Source of the DNA: a virus
Lineage: Duplodnaviria; Caudoviricetes
Virus record (IMG/VR): IMGVR_UViG_3300037851_000187
Span: 1 to 36,191 of that record
Direction: 5' to 3' (one strand)
Length of the DNA stretch: 36,191 nt
Under the pieces are notes generated by a model, which was given only the letters and a program-made list of their open reading frames with translations, was not told the origin of the DNA and searched no databases. How positions within the stretch are numbered: the stretch's first letter is position 1; each line of letters opens with the position of its first letter. The position numbers were made by a program, and so were the translations under genes. Shown here in pieces: positions 26,221 to 34,600 of this stretch.

Positions 26221-26390
26221 TTTTGTTTCTTGTTGATCCATTCAGTGATCGCGGACTCCGAGTATCTGATCACCCGTCCAATCCGCACGTGTGGTAGCAC
26301 TCCTGCCCGCGTCAGCCTGCGCACGGTCTCGATGCACACGCGCAGGCGGGCCGCGACCTCGGCGGGGGCGAGCATGATCACAGGCTCCAT
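26217..26390 (-). CDS. Excisionase-like HTH_17 protein (57 aa)
   Basis: Translated by hand: MLAPAEVAARLRVCIETVRRLTRAGVLPHVRIGRVIRYSESAITEWI. Confidence 0.8.
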   Translation of the reverse strand: MEPVIMLAPAEVAARLRVCIETVRRLTRAGVLPHVRIGRVIRYSESAITEWINKKQK

Positions 26391-26578
26391 GTCTGGCCGA
26401 GTGGCAGGCGGTCGCGCCCCCGGTCGTTACCGCGCCCGTGGCATAACTCGCATGCGCCGGACTCCTGTGGGTTAATCGCGCCGCACTCGGGGCACAGCCA
26501 CGACTCGCTCCGGTCCCATCCGTCACGGGAGCCGGGGAAGTCGGGCGGGGTCTCTACTCTCTTTGACTCACGATCCAT
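26378..26578 (-). CDS. Zinc-ribbon protein (66 aa)
   Basis: WLCPECGAIN....ACELC (RanBP2-like pattern). Confidence 0.55.
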   Translation of the reverse strand: MDRESKRVETPPDFPGSRDGWDRSESWLCPECGAINPQESGACELCHGRGNDRGRDRLPLGQTWSL

Positions 26579-26590
26579 ACATATATCCAC

Positions 26591-26668
26591 TTTTGGTTCA
26601 GATATCTGAACCGATAAACCCATGTTTTCTTAAGGAAATGGGTGGTTTTTGGTTCAGAAAGCTGAACT
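26591..26668. promoter_or_regulatory. Paired palindromes upstream of the recombination/replication operon (candidate middle promoter)
   Basis: Perfect GGTTCAGATATCTGAACC (26595-26612) and imperfect GGTTCAGAAAGCTGAACT (26651-26668), 56 bp apart. Confidence 0.65.
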
Positions 26669-27156
26669 CACTCAAGGATTTCTTTTTTGATAGATGCCGC
26701 CCGGTCGGAGATCCATGACTTGCAGGCCCCCAGCGCCGCCGCAACACCGTCAATGGTATCCAATCCCTCGGGCCGCAGCCCGACAGCCCATTGCGCGATG
26801 AGGATGGCCGCGCGACTATTTCGCATGCGGAGCATTGCGGGGAACAATCGAGATAGGATCTCCGCTGTGCGCTTGGTCGATTGCTCGTCAATGAGACGAT
26901 CTATCACCACCTGGATCTCGTCGGGCAGGGAAGCTAACTCATCCGGGTAAGCGAATGGCGTGGGTGTCACCCCGGGCAGTTGATCAAATCGCGCGCACCC
27001 GCCCCCGTGTCCGGGGCACTCGTCATGGGGGTTGCCTTCAGACGGCCAGGTTCTACCCGCTATACCGGATCCCATCCGGTTCCCGTCCGCGATTGAGCGC
27101 TCTATCAGGTCGGGAGTTTCTGGCGCCGTCTCTGTGTCTCTGTATGTGTCTTTCAT
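26668..27156 (-). CDS. C-terminal HTH regulator, paralog of 13285..13680 (putative middle activator)
   Basis: TIDGVAAALGACKSWISDR HTH-like; FAYPDE, AEILSRL, AQWAVG. Confidence 0.65.
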   Translation of the reverse strand: MKDTYRDTETAPETPDLIERSIADGNRMGSGIAGRTWPSEGNPHDECPGHGGGCARFDQLPGVTPTPFAYPDELASLPDEIQVVIDRLIDEQSTKRTAEILSRLFPAMLRMRNSRAAILIAQWAVGLRPEGLDTIDGVAAALGACKSWISDRAASIKKEILE

Positions 27157-27185
27157 TTTTTTGGTTGTTTTTTGTTTTTTGTGAA

Positions 27186-27404
27186 CTACTGGACATCTGT
27201 TCTGGTCGCTTCATAGCGCGCCGCGAGTTTCGGAAACCGCTCCCTGAGATGTGCGCAGATCGCTTCCTCGATGAGTCGGGTCCGTGCGCCGTGCGCGCCT
27301 CCTCGGGTCGCGCAAAAAAGCATCTCGGAAATTGGTCCTGAAGGCTCGAAGGTCACGATTTTTCTTCGAGTCTGACGAAGGGGTTTTGGGGCCGTCAGAT
27401 TCAC
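27186..27404 (-). CDS. Ribbon-helix-helix-like regulator in the Cro position (72 aa)
   Basis: KIVTFEP strand, then a helix, then RTRLIEEAICAHL; first gene of the leftward operon; GTG start inferred. Confidence 0.55.
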   Translation of the reverse strand: MNLTAPKPLRQTRRKIVTFEPSGPISEMLFCATRGGAHGARTRLIEEAICAHLRERFPKLAARYEATRTDVQ

Positions 27405-27411
27405 TGTGACA

Positions 27412-27481
27412 CAAGTTGTATTACAAACTGTGTTACAGTGCAAGAAATTTTTCTTGCAAATCCTGCAAGTTGTATTACAAA
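27412..27481. promoter_or_regulatory. Divergent promoters and operators of the lysis-lysogeny switch
   Basis: CAAGTTGTATTACAAA at 27412-27427 and 27466-27481 (core TTGTA-N-TACAA); TGCAAGAAA-TT-TTTCTTGCA inverted repeat at 27439-27458 gives back-to-back TTGCA -35-like hexamers. Confidence 0.7.
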
Positions 27482-27516
27482 TCTCTTATTGACCCCGGTG
27501 GAAAGGGACTTTTATT

Positions 27517-27816
27517 ATGGTATCAATAATCGAGATGAGACCTCAAAAACAGGCTATGGGCGGGGGAAAAACCGTGCCACTGAGCGCCAGAATTTCACCG
27601 TTGGCGAAGGCGTTGATCGCGGCGGAGCGGCTCGCAACCGGCGAAAGCGAGGGGGAAGTAGTGGACCGCTGCGTGGTCCAGCTATTGGTGCGGACCCCGG
27701 CGGGACGAAAGCTCGCTCGCGAGTATGTGCGCAAAGCGCCGGCAATGAGCGCAATTTTTGACGCACTGCTTAGCCCGACGGTGGGAGAGCAGACAGATGA
27801 GCCGCGCAAAAAATAA
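27517..27816 (+). CDS. Putative repressor, ribbon-helix-helix-like; the only credible plus-strand gene
   Basis: TVPLSARIS-PLAKALIAAERLATG-SEGEVVDRCV fits RHH topology; divergent from the Cro-position gene. Confidence 0.6.
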   Translation: MVSIIEMRPQKQAMGGGKTVPLSARISPLAKALIAAERLATGESEGEVVDRCVVQLLVRTPAGRKLAREYVRKAPAMSAIFDALLSPTVGEQTDEPRKK

Positions 27817-27979
27817 CGGTGCAAGCGCAGCGGGAATGTGCGGTGTAACGGCGGTGTTCACGGTACTCCTTCTGTAGGGACGCGGCGGGCGCGGATCTCC
27901 TGATCGTTCGCGACTGATAGCGCCCGGTGCCACGGTGTGATAATTTACGCTGCGCCGAAAAGCGTCAACAAAAAAATCG

Positions 27980-29077
27980 TCACCCCGCAGCCTGGGGTCG
28001 AATTGACCAGAACTCTAGCGCCACAGTCCGGGGAACCAACTCTCGATAGTGACGCATCAGCACCTCCTCCGAGTGACCCGATTGCAGCGCCGTAGCAGCC
28101 ATGTCCTGTGACCGGGCAAGCTCGTACGACACATAAGAATGTCGGAGCACGTCCCGGGGCCAACGGGCGCAAGCCGCGTGCAGTTCCCGGTATCGTTTCG
28201 CGTGGTGCGGTCCGCAGATCGGCCCCTGGTGCGGTTCGGGGCACACGGCCAACCAAGCCCGCAATGCCTCGTTGCACGCGATTAGCCGCCTCTGGCGCGT
28301 TTTTGACGAGGCGCCCGCTATGTGGACATGGTCCGCACCGACAGCGGCCCAGGACAGCCGTTCCACTTCCCCGGGGCGGACCCCGGCGAACAGGCACAGT
28401 GACAACCACGGCAGCAGGTCCGGGTAGGACGCGCGAGTCAGCTCGAGTACGGCGCGGCATTCTGCCGCGGTGAAAATCTCCGGGGGTCGGTCATCGAGCA
28501 CCGGACGTTCTACGGCTCGAGCCGGGTTGCTCGGGACAAGCCCCGACTTCATCCCCCAGGAGAACAGCGTTGACAGGTCGGTGAGCGCACCCCGCCGCCG
28601 CCACGCGCCCCAGTCCGCCCGCGACGCGATCCAGCCCGCAACCTCGGGCGTGGTGATGTCTGCCGCAGGCTTGGTCTCGCGCCCGGCGATGAAGTCCGTT
28701 ACTGTGCCGGTGAAGATCCGCAGGCTTTCAGGGCGTAGCCCCTTTTCAGCTTTGGCTGAAACACACCGATTGACCAGTTCTGCCAAGGTAAGCCCGCCAC
28801 CCCGAGCCTTGCCTGCCGATTCCCAGGCCCGGCACGCCTCGGCGACGCTGTAGCCGCACTCCTCGGCCCGGCGCCATACGTCGAGCATCTCGGCCCGGGT
28901 GGACGCAGGCAGCTCGGACCATGCCGCCCCGAGCCGCTTGATTTCGTCGGCCTTGTCGCTCGCGAACAGCTTGGCCGATTCCTGCGTTGTGAAGAATTTC
29001 CGCCGTTGCCTGCCGCCGACGCGCCAGGACACGCGCCAAGGTCGCGCCCCGCTCCATGAACACCGAGAGATTTTCAT
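27980..29077 (-). CDS. int: Tyrosine integrase
   Basis: N-terminal arm-binding-like WRVSWRVGGRQRRKFF; GVRPGE (R), SKTR (K), VLRHSY, GHS, MRHY (Y). Confidence 0.92.
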   Translation of the reverse strand: MKISRCSWSGARPWRVSWRVGGRQRRKFFTTQESAKLFASDKADEIKRLGAAWSELPASTRAEMLDVWRRAEECGYSVAEACRAWESAGKARGGGLTLAELVNRCVSAKAEKGLRPESLRIFTGTVTDFIAGRETKPAADITTPEVAGWIASRADWGAWRRRGALTDLSTLFSWGMKSGLVPSNPARAVERPVLDDRPPEIFTAAECRAVLELTRASYPDLLPWLSLCLFAGVRPGEVERLSWAAVGADHVHIAGASSKTRQRRLIACNEALRAWLAVCPEPHQGPICGPHHAKRYRELHAACARWPRDVLRHSYVSYELARSQDMAATALQSGHSEEVLMRHYRELVPRTVALEFWSIRPQAAG

Positions 29078-29244
29078 TGCCCGTTATTGCTTGAAAAAAT
29101 GTGTACACGGGTTGTCTCAAGTTGTCGAGAGTATTCCAAAGCCCACGAAGCCCGAAAAATAATTCGCTCGGTAGGCACGGGCGAAAATGCAGATCAGCCC
29201 GGAAAAATGCTGGCTTGGCACGGGTCTAGCAGTATGGTCTTGAT

Positions 29245-29261
29245 GTAGGTTCCTTGCCTAC
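29245..29261. other. Candidate attP core
   Basis: GTAGG-7 nt-CCTAC inverted repeat in the ~400-bp gap 5' of the integrase. Confidence 0.3.
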
Positions 29262-29475
29262 GTATTGCCCCGACTTTCCGTTGTTTTTCGCGTCTCAAAT
29301 CTCCATTGCACGTCTATTGCTCATTTTCGCAAGTTGATTTCGACCCGGCAGGCGTGGACAAAATTGCAATGTAAAACTATCTTCTTTTTCGTTCGATTCC
29401 TGTTGCGCTAGCGAAGCGCGGCAAACCGCTGGAGCTTGCGCTCGACGATCTTGATCTTGCGCCGGCGCCTCCTGC

Positions 29476-30342
29476 TCATGCGAGTCCGCGAATGTCAAGC
29501 CGATTCTCATCGCGCCCCCCCACCGCAGAGCGTGCGGGTGTAACCAGCAGCTCCACATGCCCCAGGCTGCACGGACCGCGTGCAGCATCCACGTTGTAAT
29601 TGCGTTTGCCGTCCTCATAGCTCGCGAGAAACGAGCCGGACCGCACGAGCCACTGTTGACGTTGTCGGACCAGCATCGCACCGTTGCGCGCGGGCGACAG
29701 AAATAGCCGTGGGGTGGCTGGCACCACGCCTCGCTTATGGTCGTGCCCCATCGCATACACGTCCGCTTCGGCATGCTCGCGCATTTGATCGACGCGATTG
29801 ATCGATGTGCCCAGGAGCCTGCCGCCACCCACGCCGTGATGAGCCCAAATATCGAGACTCATGACCATGCCTCCGTGTCCAGCGAACACGAGCCGGACGA
29901 AACTCGAACACCCGAGATACTTGCAGTCGAGCGCGCGACATAGTCGCTGGTCACTGCTGGTGCCGTCCTGGAACGCAAAGTAATGGTTGCCGCCGAGCAT
30001 CCCGATCAAGTTACCCCGCATGAAGCTTAGCTCCTTAGTCAGTAACTCGACCTTCTCTTGTTGTATCTCCTCGATGTCGTGCGATAAGGTCTCATGCAGC
30101 TTATCTTTGGATTGCAGTAAGCACGCGCGTTCGCTGGTGCTGGTCGAGTCGAGATAGTCACCCATCCCGCAATAGATCGTGTCTTTCAATCCTTTGCAGT
30201 AAGACAGGAAATGTTGCCACGCCCCGTGCGCATGATTCGGCGAGTCGCGGTGGATGTCACCAAAAAAAACGATCCGGCAAGTCTTATCCCGCAGCTTAGG
30301 CACGTCGAATCGTGCGACCGTGAATAGTCCGTCTGTTTGCAT
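29476..30342 (-). CDS. Calcineurin-like metallophosphoesterase
   Basis: GDIH, GDYLD, GNH, HHG and GHDH motifs in canonical order. Confidence 0.85.
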   Translation of the reverse strand: MQTDGLFTVARFDVPKLRDKTCRIVFFGDIHRDSPNHAHGAWQHFLSYCKGLKDTIYCGMGDYLDSTSTSERACLLQSKDKLHETLSHDIEEIQQEKVELLTKELSFMRGNLIGMLGGNHYFAFQDGTSSDQRLCRALDCKYLGCSSFVRLVFAGHGGMVMSLDIWAHHGVGGGRLLGTSINRVDQMREHAEADVYAMGHDHKRGVVPATPRLFLSPARNGAMLVRQRQQWLVRSGSFLASYEDGKRNYNVDAARGPCSLGHVELLVTPARSAVGGRDENRLDIRGLA

Positions 30343-30361
30343 GGTTTTTTGTTCGGTGTTA

Positions 30362-30622
30362 CTACCACTTATCCGCGCAACATTTTTCCGACTTCAGCCG
30401 CGTCTTATCTCGGAGCAGGCATTGGCATAGGTTGCAGCGCCGCATCTTCACCGCGCCGTCCGGCCCGGTGCGTTTCTCGCTGTGCTCGCACGCGCGGCAG
30501 ATAGACCGTCTCGCCCCGATAGTTGCGTCATCGGTCAAGCCGATGCGCATGCGTGACTTGAGCAGACCAACGGCGCCGTGTGCGACCGCGCGCATAGTCA
30601 GCTTACCGTTGCAACAACTCAT
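30362..30622 (-). CDS. Small basic Cys-rich protein (86 aa, 9 Cys)
   Basis: RRSICRACE, CNLCQC, KCC..KW; ATGA-coupled to the upstream gene. Confidence 0.7.
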   Translation of the reverse strand: MSCCNGKLTMRAVAHGAVGLLKSRMRIGLTDDATIGARRSICRACEHSEKRTGPDGAVKMRRCNLCQCLLRDKTRLKSEKCCADKW

Positions 30623-32325
30623 ATCCATTCCGAGTCAATGCAGCCACCGGGCGGGACATAGTCTGCCGGGTCCGCGTCACCCGCGCCGTAGGTGAATCCA
30701 TCAGGTAGGGTGGGTGCGGTCTCGCTGTTCCACGTCGGATAATCGCAGCGCGCCTCGACAAGTGGCCCGTCACCCAGGTCCGTGTCCCATAAGTAGTCCT
30801 CCAGGGTGAACTGCGCGATAGCTTGCCAGCATAGCTCACGCTCCGCGTTCGGAAACGCGATGGTCTCGCCGTTCGGAAACGTCTCGCCGCTCGGCGTGAT
30901 CGCAACTATCGGCGGGCCGCAGCGATCTTCCCCAAGACATTTCTGCGTGCATGTATAGGTGCCCACGCCCAACTCATCCACAGTCTGCGCGGTCGAGTCC
31001 GCGGTGATACTGGTGCTGTCCACTGTCGGAGCGCACGGGTTATACTCCCATTCGAGCAGCACATAGTCACCCTTGCTCTGATCGTCGTGCCACCAGTAAG
31101 ACGGAGCGCCAGTTGACCAGATGTAACCGCCCCCGGTGTAACTGCCGGACAGCGTGCCGGGGACCGAGATATGGGTGGAGTCGGTGACCGTCACGGACAG
31201 ACTATCGCCGAGCCCATTGATCCCGTCCGTGTCGATGCTGTCTCCGGTCTGTAGGTAGGGTGCAGCATCAGTGAGCACCAGGTCCACGTTACCACCGTTC
31301 TGCGTTGCGCTTGCCACCGCGCAGCGGCCACAAATCGGCCATGCGATGGATGAAAATCTCGCGTCGTTCCGGTCATCGCCGCATGGTCGAAAATGGTTAA
31401 AACTGGGCGTTGCAGGCATCACAGCGCACCATTTTTGCAGATAAACGCTCGTTGTGGAGTCGGCATGTGCCATCGCGCCATCGGGCGCGCCGAGCACATA
31501 CTCGGGTGTATCGACACCCATCACATCGCCCGTGTAATTGCCCGCGTTCGGGTCAGCGTAATCGCATAGGTCCGGCCCGCTCGCATCTATCGGCGGACGC
31601 GCCCCGTCCTCATCATAGTAGAGCTTGCGGACAGCGTCGTCCGTCCACGGCATGGCCACGTCATCCGATAGGCTCAGGTTGGCCAACAGGTTGACCGTGT
31701 CTAGCCAGCACTCAGCGAGTGAGTAAGTCTCGCCGAGCGTGATGACCGCATGATAGCGGACGACATGATCAGACGGGCCTGGAGTCGGGCCGAATAGATC
31801 GTGCGTCAACGATGTGTTGCTGTAGCTGCACGTCTCGCGCCACTCACCGCAGCCGGTCTCGGGGTCCGGCGGCGTGTTCACGTTCCATGCCGTGAGATAA
31901 TACTCGGGGCAATGGCTATCGAGCATGTCGTAATGCTCAAGGATGATCGGTGCGGAGTATTCATCCGACACGCAGTTAGTCACCGTGATAACTCCGGTAT
32001 ATCTGCCGACGGTCAACGTAGCTGAGAAAGGATACTGCGTCTCATACTCGGTCACCACGCAGTTATCTGGGCTGCCGGTGACGTTGCCCATCGTGTAGTA
32101 ACCCTCGATCTTCCATTGCCGATACTTCGTCGTGCCCTGTTCGCACGCGGGCTTGCAATAGTCCTGGAACCCGAACATGCCGTGCCAAGCCTTCTGCGCC
32201 TGGGCCGCTTTCCACCCGGCCGGAAAGCAGGCCGACATATCGCACGGGCCGAGAAAGCCCTTGGTCAATCCCTCGGGCCAGCCGCCGCACGGTTCGCGGT
32301 AAGGTGCTTGAGCTTCGCCAGCCAT
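30619..32325 (-). CDS. Acidic Cys-rich tail-module protein (568 aa)
   Basis: About 23 Cys, Asp/Thr/Gly-rich; contains a VTVTDSTHISV ubiquitin-activating/FCCH-like beta segment; downstream of the fibre gene. Confidence 0.55.
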   Translation of the reverse strand: MAGEAQAPYREPCGGWPEGLTKGFLGPCDMSACFPAGWKAAQAQKAWHGMFGFQDYCKPACEQGTTKYRQWKIEGYYTMGNVTGSPDNCVVTEYETQYPFSATLTVGRYTGVITVTNCVSDEYSAPIILEHYDMLDSHCPEYYLTAWNVNTPPDPETGCGEWRETCSYSNTSLTHDLFGPTPGPSDHVVRYHAVITLGETYSLAECWLDTVNLLANLSLSDDVAMPWTDDAVRKLYYDEDGARPPIDASGPDLCDYADPNAGNYTGDVMGVDTPEYVLGAPDGAMAHADSTTSVYLQKWCAVMPATPSFNHFRPCGDDRNDARFSSIAWPICGRCAVASATQNGGNVDLVLTDAAPYLQTGDSIDTDGINGLGDSLSVTVTDSTHISVPGTLSGSYTGGGYIWSTGAPSYWWHDDQSKGDYVLLEWEYNPCAPTVDSTSITADSTAQTVDELGVGTYTCTQKCLGEDRCGPPIVAITPSGETFPNGETIAFPNAERELCWQAIAQFTLEDYLWDTDLGDGPLVEARCDYPTWNSETAPTLPDGFTYGAGDADPADYVPPGGCIDSEWI

Positions 32326-32331
32326 CGACGG

Positions 32332-33168
32332 CTAGAGTTTCATGATGAACGCGAGCACGTAGTAAGCCGGACTTACATCCGCTGCCGTGCCCGTGAACGT
32401 CGGTTGCGACACTGTCCCGGCTGGCGTGTAACTCGCGGAGCCGCCGCTTGGATCCGCGCTCGTTGCAGTTATCCCGGTCGTGTTAGTCGTGGTAGGATAG
32501 CCGCTGTTGAACCATGAGTAACTCGCCGACGCGTCCAGTGTCCACGCCGTGCCCGTCCCGGTGGTCGCCGAGTTGCGCGATTGCGTGTGCGCGTGCCCCG
32601 GGTCATTCACACTGATCGTGTGTGTGTGGTTGACCACGACGGTGGAAGAGGACCCCGTGAATGTCGGTTGTGATACCGTGCCTGCCGGTGTGTAACTCGT
32701 GCTGCCGCCCGTGCCGCCTGGCGCAACACCATTCGTCCAGCCCTTGATAAATTTCTCGCGCAGATCCGGCGTCCCGTTGTTGCCATCACACAGCGCCCAC
32801 CCGCTCGGCACGTTCGCCAGCGCGCCGGACCACATGCAGATCACACCCGCAGGCACACCGCCCGCGGATACCCCGTTAGTCGCCGGCTGATAGCCGAGCG
32901 CATTTGTGATCCCCGCGAAGCTATTGGTCGCCGGTGTGTAGCCGAGCGCATCCTGCTTCGCTGATGTCGCGAGCGCAGCCCAGGCGGTGAGGTTCGCGTT
33001 GGTCGGCTGCTTGTTCTCGCTTAACCACACGTCGTTTGTGTTCAGTTTGATCATCGCGGTCCGCAACGGGTCACCGTCACCCGCGTTCGGTGCGGACCCG
33101 ATATTGACATTGGTGATCTGCGCCGCAGCCAGCATCGGCCACAGCGCGAGTAATAGTATCCATCTCAT
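32332..33168 (-). CDS. Collar-domain tail fibre with T4 gp9/gp10-like N-terminal motif and signal peptide
   Basis: MRWILLLALWPMLAAA|Q; VNIGSAPNAGDGDPLRTAMIKLN; GVICMWSG..VPSGWALCDGNNGTPDLREKF; PAYYVLAFIMKL. Confidence 0.8.
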   Translation of the reverse strand: MRWILLLALWPMLAAAQITNVNIGSAPNAGDGDPLRTAMIKLNTNDVWLSENKQPTNANLTAWAALATSAKQDALGYTPATNSFAGITNALGYQPATNGVSAGGVPAGVICMWSGALANVPSGWALCDGNNGTPDLREKFIKGWTNGVAPGGTGGSTSYTPAGTVSQPTFTGSSSTVVVNHTHTISVNDPGHAHTQSRNSATTGTGTAWTLDASASYSWFNSGYPTTTNTTGITATSADPSGGSASYTPAGTVSQPTFTGTAADVSPAYYVLAFIMKL

Positions 33169-33170
33169 GG

Positions 33171-33884
33171 TTATGTTTCCTCCTGGAACGCCATGGGCAC
33201 CGGCGCGTCCTTACTTCCGCTCGGCGTGCAGATCTCGGTGAGCGGCCCAAAGATCACATCGCTGCGGACATACTGCCGGATGACCGCGATCTTATCCCCC
33301 GAGTAAGTGTTAGTGTCGATGTGCGCTACCAACAGGTGATGCCCGTCGAATGCGGGATAGTCAGCCCAACCGTCCGCAGTCGGGTCCGTCCCGTGATGGA
33401 TCGCAGCAGACCATGCGCCGGTCGAATACTCGAATTCGATCCAGACGTAATAGTTAGCCGTCGAGTCGGCCACCGTGAATCTGTCCGTGCCGGTCGCGGC
33501 TTCCTCGTTGTCCGGGTCCGCGTCTGTGCCATCCGTGCCGGTCACATTGATCGGGGTTGCGCCATCAAACAGCATCGCGCCCGCACGCACGCGGAACGTG
33601 CGCCAGTCGGTTGTCTCGCTCGACGGGTTGGCCCCACTCACATAGACCTTGAACGGGAACCACCCGGACGGAATATCATCTTCGGTGGGCGCGTCACTGC
33701 GCCGCAGCGTGATCACCGTGCCGTTATCGGAAATGAGCACGGAATCGGATGAGCCGCGCTTGACCTCCATCGTCAGCAGCGCATTCAGCGCATCCACCAG
33801 TTCGTTCGCTACTCGCGCGGATAGCAGCGTCCGGCTGCGCCCCTGAAGGAGTCGCGCGATCTTAAGCCCATTGTGAACACTCAT
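33171..33884 (-). CDS. Putative tail tip/baseplate protein
   Basis: Second gene after the tape measure; acidic and beta-rich. Confidence 0.45.
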   Translation of the reverse strand: MSVHNGLKIARLLQGRSRTLLSARVANELVDALNALLTMEVKRGSSDSVLISDNGTVITLRRSDAPTEDDIPSGWFPFKVYVSGANPSSETTDWRTFRVRAGAMLFDGATPINVTGTDGTDADPDNEEAATGTDRFTVADSTANYYVWIEFEYSTGAWSAAIHHGTDPTADGWADYPAFDGHHLLVAHIDTNTYSGDKIAVIRQYVRSDVIFGPLTEICTPSGSKDAPVPMAFQEET

Positions 33885-34597
33885 TGTGCCAATACGTAGC
33901 GGGTTTCACGACACCAGATATTCCCCATCCATCGCACGATCCGCGAGTCCTCTGCGATGATCTGGCCCCCAGCGGTCCCCATGGTAACGTCGCCGTCCGT
34001 GTCTATGGTCTGGGTCGCCACGCTAGCACTCCATCCATTAGTTGCGGCGTCCGTGATCATGGTGGAGTAGTTCGCGTTAGTCGGCGCGGTCGCATCAAAC
34101 AGGTAATCCACCGGCAAGCCGATGTTACCGTAGCAATAGAAGAGTTGTCGGTTGACGGGGATAGCGCCAGGCGTCGTGTAAGTCTCGCCTGATGCGCACC
34201 GAAAGTATTCCTTGCGCACGCGACACGGGACAACGGCGGTGAATCGTTCGCGCCCGGTGACGGTCTCGATGTTAATGCCGAACGTGCCGGTCCGACCGAT
34301 GAAGTTATACGCATAGCTTTCCCAGTCGTCCCATGTGGCTGGCACCTTCGCATAGGTGCGGGTCCAGCGACATACGCCGCCGCCCAGGTCCACGCGCGGA
34401 CCTTCAGCGACAAGCTTGAAATCTGAGTAAGTCCCGTGTGCCGTGTCGAGCGCGAGCGCAGACCAGTTAGCCAGAAGGATAACGAAGTCCTGTCGCAGCA
34501 CATAGGCCGCACTACTACCCGGGATAGGTGACTCGAACTCCGGGTTTGTTACCGCCTCGGCGCTTGTCCATGTTCCGTCCGTCCACAGCACAGCCAT
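33881..34597 (-). CDS. Putative distal tail/hub protein
   Basis: Immediately downstream of the tape measure; aromatic and beta-rich. Confidence 0.45.
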   Translation of the reverse strand: MAVLWTDGTWTSAEAVTNPEFESPIPGSSAAYVLRQDFVILLANWSALALDTAHGTYSDFKLVAEGPRVDLGGGVCRWTRTYAKVPATWDDWESYAYNFIGRTGTFGINIETVTGRERFTAVVPCRVRKEYFRCASGETYTTPGAIPVNRQLFYCYGNIGLPVDYLFDATAPTNANYSTMITDAATNGWSASVATQTIDTDGDVTMGTAGGQIIAEDSRIVRWMGNIWCRETRYVLAQ

Positions 34598-34600
34598 AAA

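Noticed and set aside
29245-29261. 5-bp stem with 7-nt loop as a tRNA anticodon arm
   Set aside because: The loop lacks the U33 plus purine-37 pattern on either strand, and there is no surrounding cloverleaf or T-arm
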